Shown piece after piece: positions 14,201 to 25,254 of a stretch of 64,000 bases of DNA. Origin of the DNA: Vicugna vicugna (Eukaryota); NCBI GenBank assembly GCA_013265495.1, contig MU058687.1, positions 5,392,093 to 5,456,092 of the forward strand, written 5' to 3'. A model generated the notes under the pieces. It was not told the origin of the DNA. It ran no database searches and was given only the letters and a program-made list of their open reading frames with translations. Every line of letters begins with the position of its first letter. Positions within the stretch are counted from its first letter, which is position 1. Made by a program: the position numbers and the translations under genes.

Positions 14201-16025
14201 ATCAACTATGTAGTGATATGACTATTCTGTTGCTCCATTTTTTTAAAAAAATAGACTTTTGGTTCTTGCACACTTAGTTTTCACTTTTTCTCATTTCAGG
14301 CAACTAGTTCAGGAAGATTTTCAAATTTAGATATCTTTCTCTATTAAGTTCATTTTATGATTCAATTATTAATAGAATGGTCATGAGAACCTTTGATTGT
14401 ACATATAAATATAACCATATACTGTGATTTGATAACATCTTCAAATTTACAATAAAAATTGTATGATACAAAATTGGCTGGGCTATTCTTTTGGAGGTTA
14501 GGTTTACTTATAAGTAAAACTATAGTATCTTCACTTTAAAGAGAAATATGGTATATATATATTAAAATAGTATTATAATAACGTACTATAGAAGCCTTAG
14601 ATTCCTTGCTCTCAGCTTAGAGAAACAAAGTTAGACCCAAGTTCAAATTTAAATATTGATGGGAGTTTCATTTTGCCAAATTCCACGATACTGAGGATTG
14701 CCTTATTATCAAAGCCTCCAAAATTACTGATGAGAATTATCTCAAAATTCTTCTTCCTCTATTATGCAACTGAAGAAACCTTGTTTGTTTTTACCTGTCA
14801 TTCACTATAGTTTATCTACTTTGGGAGGAAAATAGTGCTGAAGCTGAATAGCCAGGGCATCTGCCTCCCACAGAAGCTGATCAACATTCAGAGAACACTG
14901 CCATAGACACTGAGACCAAGAATGAGTGGGGCCACATCAGAACTGCAGGGATGAAGAGGGACAGACCAGCACCCCTGGACACACTGGTTTGACCTTCCAT
15001 CAGTACCCTGGGGAATAATTCACCGACTGAAAATACATATACCACAAACATGTTTCAAAAAGTAATACAAATACTAAAGTGCATCTTTCCCCACTCAATC
15101 CCCCTTTCTTCCTCAATCTAAGAACATATAAATACATCGATTTCATATGTATATTCTCTTTGCTATTTCAGTTGAGCTGCTTCTTGTGCTAGCCTTGTGC
15201 ATGTTTCCATGTTTCTGTGGCTAACAGATGAGTCCCACTCTCCACAGTTCCAAGGCGATGCCCTATGATGCCTCCTAAACTTTCTGCCTCCTTTTCCTAG
15301 CCTGCCAATTTGATTTTCCTCTAGCACTTCCCCCTCCGCCCCACGCCTCTGCCTAGAAAGTAACCATCAGATTTCAGGTGGTCAGTCTCACCCTCTGGGG
15401 GGGGATCATTCGTGATATCTGCAAACATGCCTGTAAATTCTGGGATATTTAGACCAGCAGAGAGCAAGCGCTACGTGGCTAGAAACCAGAACCAAGGAAG
15501 CTACTCTAACGTGTAATCACCTAGCTCCTAACCACAAGGTCTGCGCTCAAGGCTTCATTATAAGTAAACACTTGGGAACTACCCAGGTGGACTCCGTCTG
15601 TGCTGAGTAAAGCCTAGGTGAGACCCCTCATACTAACAAGGACAGTAGCTTCCCTAACATAGTAATCATTCACGCGCGTCTCCTCAGGTCCCAGAGCCTG
15701 CGTCAGCTGCTCCACTTCTTTCTCAGGGCAGAATGAACGTATGCTGAAACAAGTTTTCTTCTTCTCCATCTTGGGATCTTTTTACTCAGAGCTTTTTACT
15801 TAGGAAGAGAAGTGATAGGCTACTATTTTGCCGAACGCCATTTGAGTGGTGAAAGTAGTACTGAGATGTTAGAAGTTTTTGTTCTTCCGACGTGTAAATT
15901 CCTGTCTTTCTGTGAGACAACAGGACTCAGTTGAAATAGTGGATTCAGTTCTTAGTTTCTTTTTCTTCTTACATAGTTTTTATTTAAAAAAAAAAAAGCT
16001 CTATTACAATCATACCTTTAGCCAG

Positions 16026-16613
16026 CTAATCTAGATTTCATCTCTTGCTGAAATTCTTCTCCAGCCAACGCCGGACTTCTTGAAGGTTGTAGTGGAAGGG
16101 ACCCTTTCCTCCCAGATAAGCAATTTTCTGTCTCTGCACAATACAGACACGTTCGAAGGCCACCCCATAGGCTACGTTGGCATTGTCGTCCATGCGGTCA
16201 GCCACAACTCGGCACTGGGGCGGCAAGGAGAAACGCTCCAGAAGCTGGTGGGCTGCTGCACATCGGTCTTCCTGGTTTCGGTGCTTCTTCACCTCAAAAG
16301 ACAAAGAAGAATCCCCAGGCACCGCCCAACCATCTGAAGGATGAGCCTCATCAATGTAGACCAACAGGAAGTCTGCCACTGATGAGAATTCTTCCACCAG
16401 TTTGCTGAAGGCTGGCAGCTGGCTGGTAAAAGGAGGTCAAGTGGCTGAGCCGAAGTTGACAACCAGTGGGCGCTCAGGGTTGGCAAAGTCAAGAAGGTGG
16501 CACTCAGTTCCATCAACTGTCTTCTCCTGGGCACCATCCCCACTGTTGTCTCCTCCTTCAGAATTGGAGACATGCACCACACTGGAATTGGGGGCATCTT
16601 CACCTAATTTCAC
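16026..16613 (-). CDS. DIO2: DIO2 coding exon 2 (codons 75-269 plus TAG), thioredoxin-fold catalytic domain with TGA=Sec at codons 133 and 266
   Basis: Polypyrimidine tract and cag|GTG acceptor (AG at 16615-16614). Reads VKLGEDAPNSSVVHVSNSEGG...RPLVVNFGSAT-U-PPFTSQL...YIDEAHPSDGW...GKGPFHYNLQEVRRWLEKNFSKR-U-NLD-stop. TGAs at 16437-16439 and 16038-16040; TAG at 16026-16028. E163, H165, H185, K237 and K244 are present. Confidence 0.97.
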
Positions 16614-19600
16614 CTGGTGGTGAAAAAAAGAAAGAGGAAGAGACTACCACATTAAACACATTGCCACTTCAATTCACTCTATGTAGAAACAACTGGCTCT
16701 AATAAAATGTGGTGTATCTGTCAGAGGACACTGGAAACATATTGATTTGAATAGAAAGCCATCATGGCAGGTAATGAATGGCCTTAAAGGGAATAAAAAT
16801 CGTTTGCATCCTGTTTAGTCACTAAATGTAATTATTTTCATCATTGAAGGCACTGATGTTGACTCTCTTCCTAATTAAGTCGAGGCTGGCATTCTTTACT
16901 ATCCTCACTTTGTGTCAGTGCTTTGTACACAATGTGTAACAAATGATCAATTGACTTCATTTGAAAAGTCCCTTTAAGACAAATTATCAGAATTGTGGGA
17001 CATAGTACCTCTTTCTGAATCCCCACTTCTGAATTCTAAAATACTCAGAAAAGACCTTTATTTTCTTGCCTGATGCTAAGGCATTTAATCTCAACCACTG
17101 GACAAGGATACTAGTGGGCTGCACAGAACTAGCAAACCTGGAGTGCACCATTTATAAGAAGGCCTGTTCCCACTTAATCTCTCCAGACTCCGGCTTTCCC
17201 ATCTGTAGAGTGGTGACAATAATGCCTATCTCCCCTATAAGGAAAAGAGCTCTTGGTTACACAACAAAGCACCGCGGGGGTGGAGGTTGCCGTTATGGGT
17301 GCCACGCAAACATGTGAAACAGAACACCACTTTCCTGGGCAATTCTACATTTAAAAAAAATTATTCTTGGAAGTGATTTGAGCTCTCCTCAGTGTGACAC
17401 CCATCCTGGAGGTTTGTTTCTATGGCTTCTGCATACTTTGGGGTTCTTTTGACTAGAATCTCATTTCCATTAAACAAGCAAACAAATGAATGAACAAAAA
17501 CATACAATTTTACTTTTTGTAGAATTCTACTTTTAATTTCTCATTTGTCATGTGTTTTTTTTGTTTGTTCCCCCCTTTTTTTTTAATCTAGGGAGTCACA
17601 AACCCTTTACTTTTCTACCATACATTTTATAAACAAGTTCCTCTGAATTATAAAATACTCAGGCAGAAGAGATATAGAAGAAAATTTTTCCATGTGCCCA
17701 CTTTGCACATGGTTTAAATGGTTGAACACAGACTGAAAGAAAGCTTGCTGGTCTTTGAATATGTAAATTGATAATAAAAAGCAAGAAACATGAGAGAGCC
17801 AATTACTTCAGTTTAAATTAACACAATTGGATCTTCCCCTAGAATGGTTTTATCAAAGCCAATAACATTAGGGACAACTTACAACAGCACAATTGATTCT
17901 TATACACTGTTCTTAATATTATAAAACACTTCCAACTGCATCGACTCCCCCCCACCCCCTCATATAAATACTACCACATATGACATTGCTGGTAATTGAA
18001 GTCACTTAGAAGTGAATTGTTAAAAACTCAATAATCCACACTGATATAAAATACTCAAGGGCTTCTATTCAGAAGCTTCTCTCTAATGTTAATGCATAAC
18101 TCATTTTAACCATAGAGAAAGAATCGAAGTCCTTTCTTTCCCTCGTGAAATATCCTATCAGGGCTGGTTTGAAAAAAGTACCGTTCATTTTCTAAAAGAA
18201 ATCTTGGAAGAACAATCCTCTTTTCTAGAAAATGAAACTGTTGGTGTGATTTAAATAAGTACACTTGTTTTCAGTCACTATCACAGAGAAAGTTATTTAA
18301 TGTATATTAATTTTCTTGGTTATGTTGCAAGTGACACTAGATGGAGAAATCTAATAAGCCACTTTTAGGTGGATTGTTTTATATGAGCTACAATTGTCTC
18401 TGAGGTTTTAAACTATACTTGAAATTTAAAGGTATACATTTTAAAGGCACTGCAAGGGTTTTTTAATCTATGGCTTGTTTTTGTACTTCTTTGTGGATTT
18501 AGGTGGTAGGTAGCATCACTATCACCTTCTCGTGAGATCTTTCACACTTAAAACAGCAATAATGATTCTAGGAGGACTGCTTTTAATAATATTGTGCTGT
18601 GTTTCTCAACATACTGTGATATAAAGATCTGGATGCATTCAGATCAGTCTGAACCCATTAGCTGTTGTAGCAACTTCTCTTTAAGTGAGCAACACATATG
18701 GGAGGTCTGGACTACAGACCTGTAGGTTCTCGGTAGGTGAAAACAGCCATGTGCGTGTTGGAGTCGTTTTAAGGGCTCTGAGCAATCCTGTCGTCTTGTA
18801 AAAATGGGCCTCTGACGCTCTGACTCTCACCCAAGCAGAACTATTGATCCCTGCATTATTCCCGATTATTCAGCTGAATAATCTAATCTGACACTTCAGT
18901 CACAGGTGACTCTCTTGTTACCTGTAATTAATTTTCTTGGAAAGCTGGAACACCTTCTCCTTCTCTTTAGTGACAATGTATATAATCCAGCCACATAATT
19001 CTTTTTGAAATACAGACTACAAGGTAAAAAAACAAAAAAAACAAAACAAAAAACTTTACCTTAGAAAATTTAGAACAAGTACATCTTTGGTCTAAAATCA
19101 AAAATTAGTAAAGTTATCAAATATGTAACGATCTTTGTGTGTGTGTGTGTATGTGTGTTTAAGGTCCAGAGTGGGAGAGGGGGAGGTGGCATTTTGTTAA
19201 GCTGGGGAAAAAATTCATATATGTGTGTGTGTGTGTTTATATATATATATACTTTAAAATTTTTGTTGAATAAATTATTGAATGAGTTACAGTTGTTACG
19301 ATCCTAGGCAGGGGTCAGTGAAGAACTTCACATGTAATAATAACCTTGACCTGCAATGAACAGAATCCTATTTGGGTGCTGGATGAGCTGACTGAGGCGA
19401 AGTGAGACCTGGACTCCCACTGTAGAGCAGTGTCTCAGTCAGCACCGAATGCTGTTGAGCTGTTCTTGTTTATCTCAGCTGGTCAGTGCATAAAATGAAA
19501 GGAGCCAGTTCTCTTTATTTTGCTGAGCAGCCATAGGACCTGGCTACAAATTAGAATGTCCATAAACAGATGTCCAGTTCATAAGGGTGACTAGGTCAGA

Positions 19601-22600
19601 TAATATGTGCAGGTAAGAACAAGTCTACTGACAAAAACTATGGGGAAAACCCACAGCCATGATTTGGAAGTCCAAGTGTGAGCAGCCCAGTAGTCTGCTT
19701 TGGTAAGTATCATATACTAATCATAAAATTTGTCCATCTTTGCTAAAAACTGAGAATGGAGGACAATTTAGCAACAATAAAGAAATAAAGAAAAAATCTT
19801 TAACGAAAAGTCTGCTCTAAACTGAAAGAAATGAATCTTTTAGAAGGATACTACTGTTCATTTCTCATTTGATCACCACGAAAATTAAATTCCTATTATC
19901 ACTGGTTTCAAATGGAGAATTTCTTGGTTTGCTCAGCTTTGCGCCCTGCTGAGATGGAATGGGAGAATCATCATTGTCTTCAATGATGGAGGATTCTTTG
20001 GTTTCCCCAGGAGCAAAGCATTCCTTGACAAAAAGCCAAAATGATGAAGAAAATAAAGTTGGTCCCATAATAACATTTAGGCTGCAGGAAAGAAGCTCAA
20101 CAAAAACAAGTTATCCCCTGGTACTCCTGAACTTTGTTTTAATTTCCCACAGTGGCACAGAAAGTCTCCTGGCCACAAGTTATCTATCATCTTAATTTCT
20201 CCTTCTTAGAGGGTTTGTGTTTGGTTTTTGTCCTTAATGAGACATATTTGCCAAAGAGGCATTCAAAAGGCATTTTTTACTCTTGCGGAAGAGTAATTAG
20301 GTCGGTACCTCTTTCCCTGCCAGCATTAGCCGCTCTAAAGAGAACCCTGCCCAGTATTTAATGCCCAAACACAAGAAGCATCATTTCCACTAATTGGTCT
20401 TGAAGTTCCGATGTTCCCAAAGGGTCCCTTTATTTTGCAAGGATCAGAAAGGACATACGTAAAATGTAATATCGTCATCACTGACTTTAATTTCTTTCAT
20501 CTGCACTATTACAGCTGTCCTTTCTTATGTTTTTGTAATCACCATCAATACAACACCAACAAGGGAGGTAAATAAATGGCTTGCATTTTTACAACAGAGG
20601 ACATCTCTGGGCCAAGCTCAGATGTTGCAATAGCCATACTTATAAATATGAACAAGAGTGTAAATTTATGGCATGTATTCGATTCCCTTGATGATAAGAT
20701 TCCCTTTATGGACACTTTCCAGCACACAGAGGAAAGGATAATGCTGCTTTAGCATGTGGACTGTGAAATGCAGGGCAAGGGGGAAAAAAAAAGAAAGAAC
20801 CATTCATCAAGTAGAAGCTGGAAATAGATCATATACTACTAACCTTGTTTTCTCTTTTTCTTTTCCATAGCCTGAGAAAGGCTTCTGGACAAAATATCAT
20901 CTAATCTCATGATAGAAAGAAAAGCAAATGAGAAAATTAGGGGGTGGGGGTGTTATGTGGCAGAATTATTTTTACATACCCTTCTTGCTGTCCAAAGCCC
21001 TGGGATAGCTTTATTATCAAGAAATTTCGAATTCTTTGACATAATGGCCAGGATACATCAGTGTCCTTACAAATATGCCAATTATCAAACAGCGATTTAA
21101 CCATTTACATTCAAACTGGCCAAGTAAGTTGGAGTTGAAGGATAAGCCACCTACTCTTTCCTCTGAGCTCAGTTCCCTTTTGGCCATTCTCTTTCTGATC
21201 TGTAATTTGAAAACATAGCTCTAAGCTCTATCATTTCCCAGTGTTTTATCCAACTGATGGACAAGCTCTGGCTGCAGCCTTCTTTGTGTTCTTTTGGGAA
21301 TGTTTCTTTTTTAAAAGGGCCATTTTCCATTGTAGAAACTGGTGTCAAAAGGCTGAGGTGAATGAAGAGGGGGAGGAGAATGTTAAAGAGACCCTTTCAA
21401 AACCAAAATTATATGTTCAAATGAATATGTTTTCTGTGCCACAGCAATATTGACCATGTAGAAGCTAAACTGCTTGTCAGCATCTATACCGTGTGTTTAC
21501 TTTTACACTTCATTTAGGTAGGAGCCAGGCTCCCAGACAGAGTAACTTGCTTATTGGTTGTATTTTCGAGTCTTCGTGCACCAGCACAAGGATGCAGTGT
21601 TTGACGCAATGACACTGACTAGGAAAAACTTAAATAACAAACATCTGTTATGCACCTCCATCTCTCACAGATTTCTGTAGGCTTTCTTTTTCATCAGAAT
21701 CATGCATGGCACTCCCTCTAACCAAACCCAAACTGTCTTTAAAGGCTTCTCTATAACATTAATTTTAAATCCCCTTCAACGTTCTAATGGATAAGGATTT
21801 TTTGTTTTGTTTTAATTTGTTTTAATTTCTTTGCTGCCTCTTGTAGGAGCCAAGGACAGGGACGACACTTTCAGTGCACTTTCTCTAAATATCTTCCCAG
21901 TTATCTGACATTCAACAGCAAGGAGAATTCGAAATGACATGCCTCGTATCACATCACATGAGCACCTACCCCTCATCCTGGAAACCTCCTCTTACAGGGT
22001 GGCAGCCTTGAACTAACACAAGTCAGGACTGTGAAACACTGGGATGCCCCCCTCAGGCAGAGCCTCCTTCAGTGTGTCTCTAGAAAAGGCTACACCCAAA
22101 GACAGTGGCAGAGATGACCATTGCACTCAGGGCAGTGATTCAACCTGTTTCAGGGATTCTGAGTGACCCTCAAATGCCACCACAGCCACCACCACCACCC
22201 TTGCCATACTAGGAGGCAGAAGGAGACACCTAGACTCGGTGCAAGCCGTGTTTCCATTCATCATGCACCCAGTCCAGTCTCATCACTGGCTGTATGGCTT
22301 CTTAGGGTGCTGCTTCTCATGGCAACTATTATATAAGTCTTTAAAGGCAAACATAGTAACAACAGTCATAAACTTGGCCACTAATCAAATCAGGAGACAG
22401 AAACAACACAGGAGAAGAGTACACAATCTGTGAGCGAAAACAGAAAACAAATCACTCTCCTCCTCAGTCTCCCGGAACCCAGGTAACAAAATACTGCAAC
22501 ACAATGAAACACTGTCCATGAATGAGGAAATAAATTATAAAGTTTATTAAAGAGGCATTTGTTTCCTTTTCAATTTTAGTAAGCTGCTTAATAGGAGAAA

Positions 22601-24713
22601 CAACTTTACTGAATATTTGTGGGTAACATCACAACCCTCATGTTTAACATTTTTTTTATTTTTTAAATTTTATTTATTTTTGAAGGGGAGAAGAAACTAG
22701 GTTTCTTTATTTATTTACTTATTTTTTTAATGGAGGTCCTGGGGATTGAACCCAGGACCTCATGCATGCTGTGTGTGTGCTCTACAGCTGAACTATACCC
22801 TCCTCCCACAAACCTCATGTTTTATGTGAGAGTATATATATACATATAAGTAAAATTCTCCAAAGCAGTGGCTTTTCTTTTATAGGCAAAAGTCAACTGC
22901 CTTTCAAAAAAGGAAAAGTTTAATTTGCTGAGATCAAACAACTGGTATTGGCAAGTTATCACTTAGCAGCTACGAAATACAGATATAGATGAGGAAACTT
23001 CCTAATTAATAATATGCCTGGCATACCTGTGCACACTCCACTCTCCTCCAAATTCTCTACCCCTCAGAACAAAACATAAAAAATTCACCCTCACTGTATA
23101 CATTTGTGGAAATGAAATGATCATCTCAGTATCTCCTTCCTGCATCTCCCATTCACCCCATGTACATCATAAGTTAGAACTTTGAACATCATTTCATATT
23201 ATAAAGAAGTTTTCACTTACTAACAAGAGCTCTTACAATTCTCCTGTCTTTAAGGCAACAAATGCAAATCTTCTGCAGGTCACTCTCAAAGGTAAAGACA
23301 TGTCATTATATAGTAAAACTTCCCTAATTCAGAATGAATATCTTCTTTTTGAATACTTGTTAGATTTTCAGTGGAAGGATTCTAGTCTGGAGTTCTTGTT
23401 ACTAGAAGTTACTTCTTTTCCTTTCCTGGTGCATAGGTTTATTTTTCTAGCGTTTATTTACGGAGGACTCATTCCCTTCCCCCTCTTATCTGAGTTTTCC
23501 GGCTCCGTTTCTGAGGCTCAGCCTGCGTATAGCCTACCACTTCATTGGCTTCCATATTCCTCTCAAGCTCTCTTCCCTGGCATCTCAGGCAAGGTCCCTC
23601 AGTGCTGTTTGGGAAAACCGAGAATGCTTGCTTTGATAGTAGTTTTTGCCAAATGAGTCAATTCTTCCTAAACCCAGGGACCCTCAGGAGTCATATGGGT
23701 GGAGAGCGAGGGAGCAAACTGACAAAGAACCACTGCCTTTTCCTCTTTGCCCTTTAAGATCTGCGTTAAAGATGCTCCACCATCACCAAGCAGTATTCTT
23801 CACTTAGAAACAAAGATCACCAGCTCTGGTTTTGAGAGACCAGCCCCCCGGGACCTGACTTCCACAAGTAAGTGAGGTGACTGCTCCAGTGTTCCAGGCA
23901 CGAATTATAACAGCTTTGAGGTTGTCATAAACCATAGACTTATCTGCTCTTTAAGACAACTTACTTAACTTTTGAGAAACAAAGCAAACGTGGTTTCCTT
24001 AACAAAGTCTGGATTTCTGACAGCCGGTTCTTAGATCTTTCTGTTGCAAACTGATAACTAGTAACAGGGACTTAGTGCCTAATAACTGCTTCAAAAGGTT
24101 CCGATTCGAATCAGGGTAGAGGATGACAGCGCACGCAGACTTGTTTTCATTAACTCTTACTTCTACCGGAAACAAGCAGCGATTATGCCAAATCACACCT
24201 GCTGTGACCGTTTTGTTAAATCTTGTGAACTCCCTGAGAGTTCTGAGTGGTGTTTTTATTTTTCCTTGCTTTTTTAGTGCCTAACCACTGAACTGTCTTT
24301 CCTAAAGCAGGCACCTCACATAGCCGCTCATCCAGCAAAACATCCAAATGCCAGCCTATGACAGGAGCAGGATACATGTAGCAGTCTGCCCTCCCCCAGC
24401 ATTTTCTGACTTCTCCCAAAGTTGTTCTACAGACACAAACACCCTTCTCCTCCAAAACCAGAGCCAGACATTAATGACCCTTATTAGAAAGACTCCTTCT
24501 TCGGTCCCACAGAGTCATTATGGCTTAATACCTGTCATCCCCAAATCTAACTGGTATTGCAGGTGTAGAGAGTAAACACAGGAGCTCACTTGAGCATGAC
24601 CACAGAACAGGGCTCCACAATGCTCCCCGCAGTGCCCCTGCTGGCCTCCGGCCCCAGACACCCCTGCCTCTGCCCCGCTGCCCTGCGGAGAAGCCCCTCT
24701 GGGTGCAGCTCAC
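16614..24713 (-). other. DIO2: DIO2 coding-region intron (8.1 kb, phase 0, GT-AG)
   Basis: Canonical donor and acceptor join AYKQ|VKLG in frame. Confidence 0.95.
22646..22807 (-). mobile_element. tRNA-derived SINE (camelid vic-1-like) with target-site duplication
   Basis: Minus strand GGGAGGAGGGTATAGTTCAGCTGTAGAGC (A box)...GGTTCAATCCCC (B box)...A-rich tail. TSD acaaccctcatgttt (22631-22645) / acaaacctcatgttt (22808-22822). Confidence 0.85.
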
Positions 24714-24935
24714 CTGTTTGTAGGCATCGAGGAGGAAGCTCTTCCAGATGCAGCGCATTCCCTCTGAGGTCAGCATGCGCCTCCACTCCCCGCGAGTGGA
24801 CTTGGAGCGGCTCAGCAGCAGCACCACGTGCTTGAGGAGAATGACCGAGTCATAGAGCGCCAGGAAGAGGCAGTTGGAGAAAAAAACTGGCAGAATTTGC
24901 AGTGTGATCAGCAAGTCTACGCTGAGGATGCCCAT
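24714..24935 (-). CDS. DIO2: DIO2 coding exon 1 (codons 1-74, including N-terminal transmembrane segment)
   Basis: Translates MGILSVDLLITLQILPVFFSNCLFLALYDSVILLKHVVLLLSRSKSTRGEWRRMLTSEGMRCIWKSFLLDAYKQ, the recognisable D2 N-terminus. Start context aagATGG; ends CAG|GTGAGC donor (GT at 24713-24712). Confidence 0.98.
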
Positions 24936-24989
24936 CTTCTCTGCCTCCTGGGTCAGTTCCCTTGTGCGCTCTGGTTCCCCTTCACCCTC

Positions 24990-24998
24990 TTATTTAAA
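24990..24998 (-). promoter_or_regulatory. DIO2: Proximal TATA-like element (TTTTAAATAA context) for a short-leader TSS
   Basis: Lies ~55-60 nt upstream of the ATG, predicting a TSS ~25-30 nt before the ATG; ATG-proximal TSSs are known for human DIO2. Confidence 0.55.
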
Positions 24999-25067
24999 AG
25001 GGGGGTGGGGATAGAGGGGGTGACCAGTCTCTCCAGCCCAGCAGTTGGAGTGTGCCCATCAATTCAT
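24994..25067 (-). promoter_or_regulatory. uORF3 (MN*) overlapping uORF4 (21 aa, MGTLQLLGWRDWSPPLSPPPF*)
   Basis: ATGAATTGATGGGC: the TGA of uORF3 shares its A with the ATG of uORF4 (25059-25057); uORF4 ends at TAA 24996-24994. Confidence 0.6.
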
Positions 25068-25162
25068 TCAATTCCGAGCTGCTGCCTTTTTTTTTTTCAG
25101 GATTTAAGATGTTTAAAAAAAAAAAAAAACTGGCGTACCCGTCCCTAATCCAGTTACCCCTC

Positions 25163-25198
25163 TCAGAGTCGGTTCAAGACAGGCAGCTCTACTTTCAT
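25163..25198 (-). promoter_or_regulatory. uORF2 (MKVELPVLNRL*)
   Basis: ATG AAA GTA GAG CTG CCT GTC TTG AAC CGA CTC TGA in the 5' leader. Confidence 0.6.
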
Positions 25199-25242
25199 TT
25201 CCAAGCACCTATGAGACTGTGGCAGAGATTGCAAAATTTTCT

Positions 25243-25254
25243 TTAGCTTTCCAT
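25243..25254 (-). promoter_or_regulatory. uORF1 (MES*) in a strong Kozak context
   Basis: gacaATGGAAAGCTAA, with A at -3 and G at +4. Confidence 0.7.

Larger units (their letters stand above)
10960..16025 (-). other. DIO2: DIO2 long 3' UTR (~5 kb)
   Basis: Region from the stop codon to the SECIS and poly(A) signals; few recognisable interspersed repeats; scattered ATTTA pentamers. The 3' end is approximate. Confidence 0.8.

Noticed and set aside
16038..16397. 119-aa ORF as a standalone gene or DIO2 pseudogene
   Set aside because: Artefact of treating the Sec TGA as a stop; its 'start' is the internal Val147 GTG.
22730..22807. tRNA gene
   Set aside because: A/B boxes belong to a SINE with tail and TSD; no intact cloverleaf.
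24525..24713. C-terminal extension of the 136-aa ORF (VSCTQRG...)
   Set aside because: Read-through into the intron past a canonical donor.
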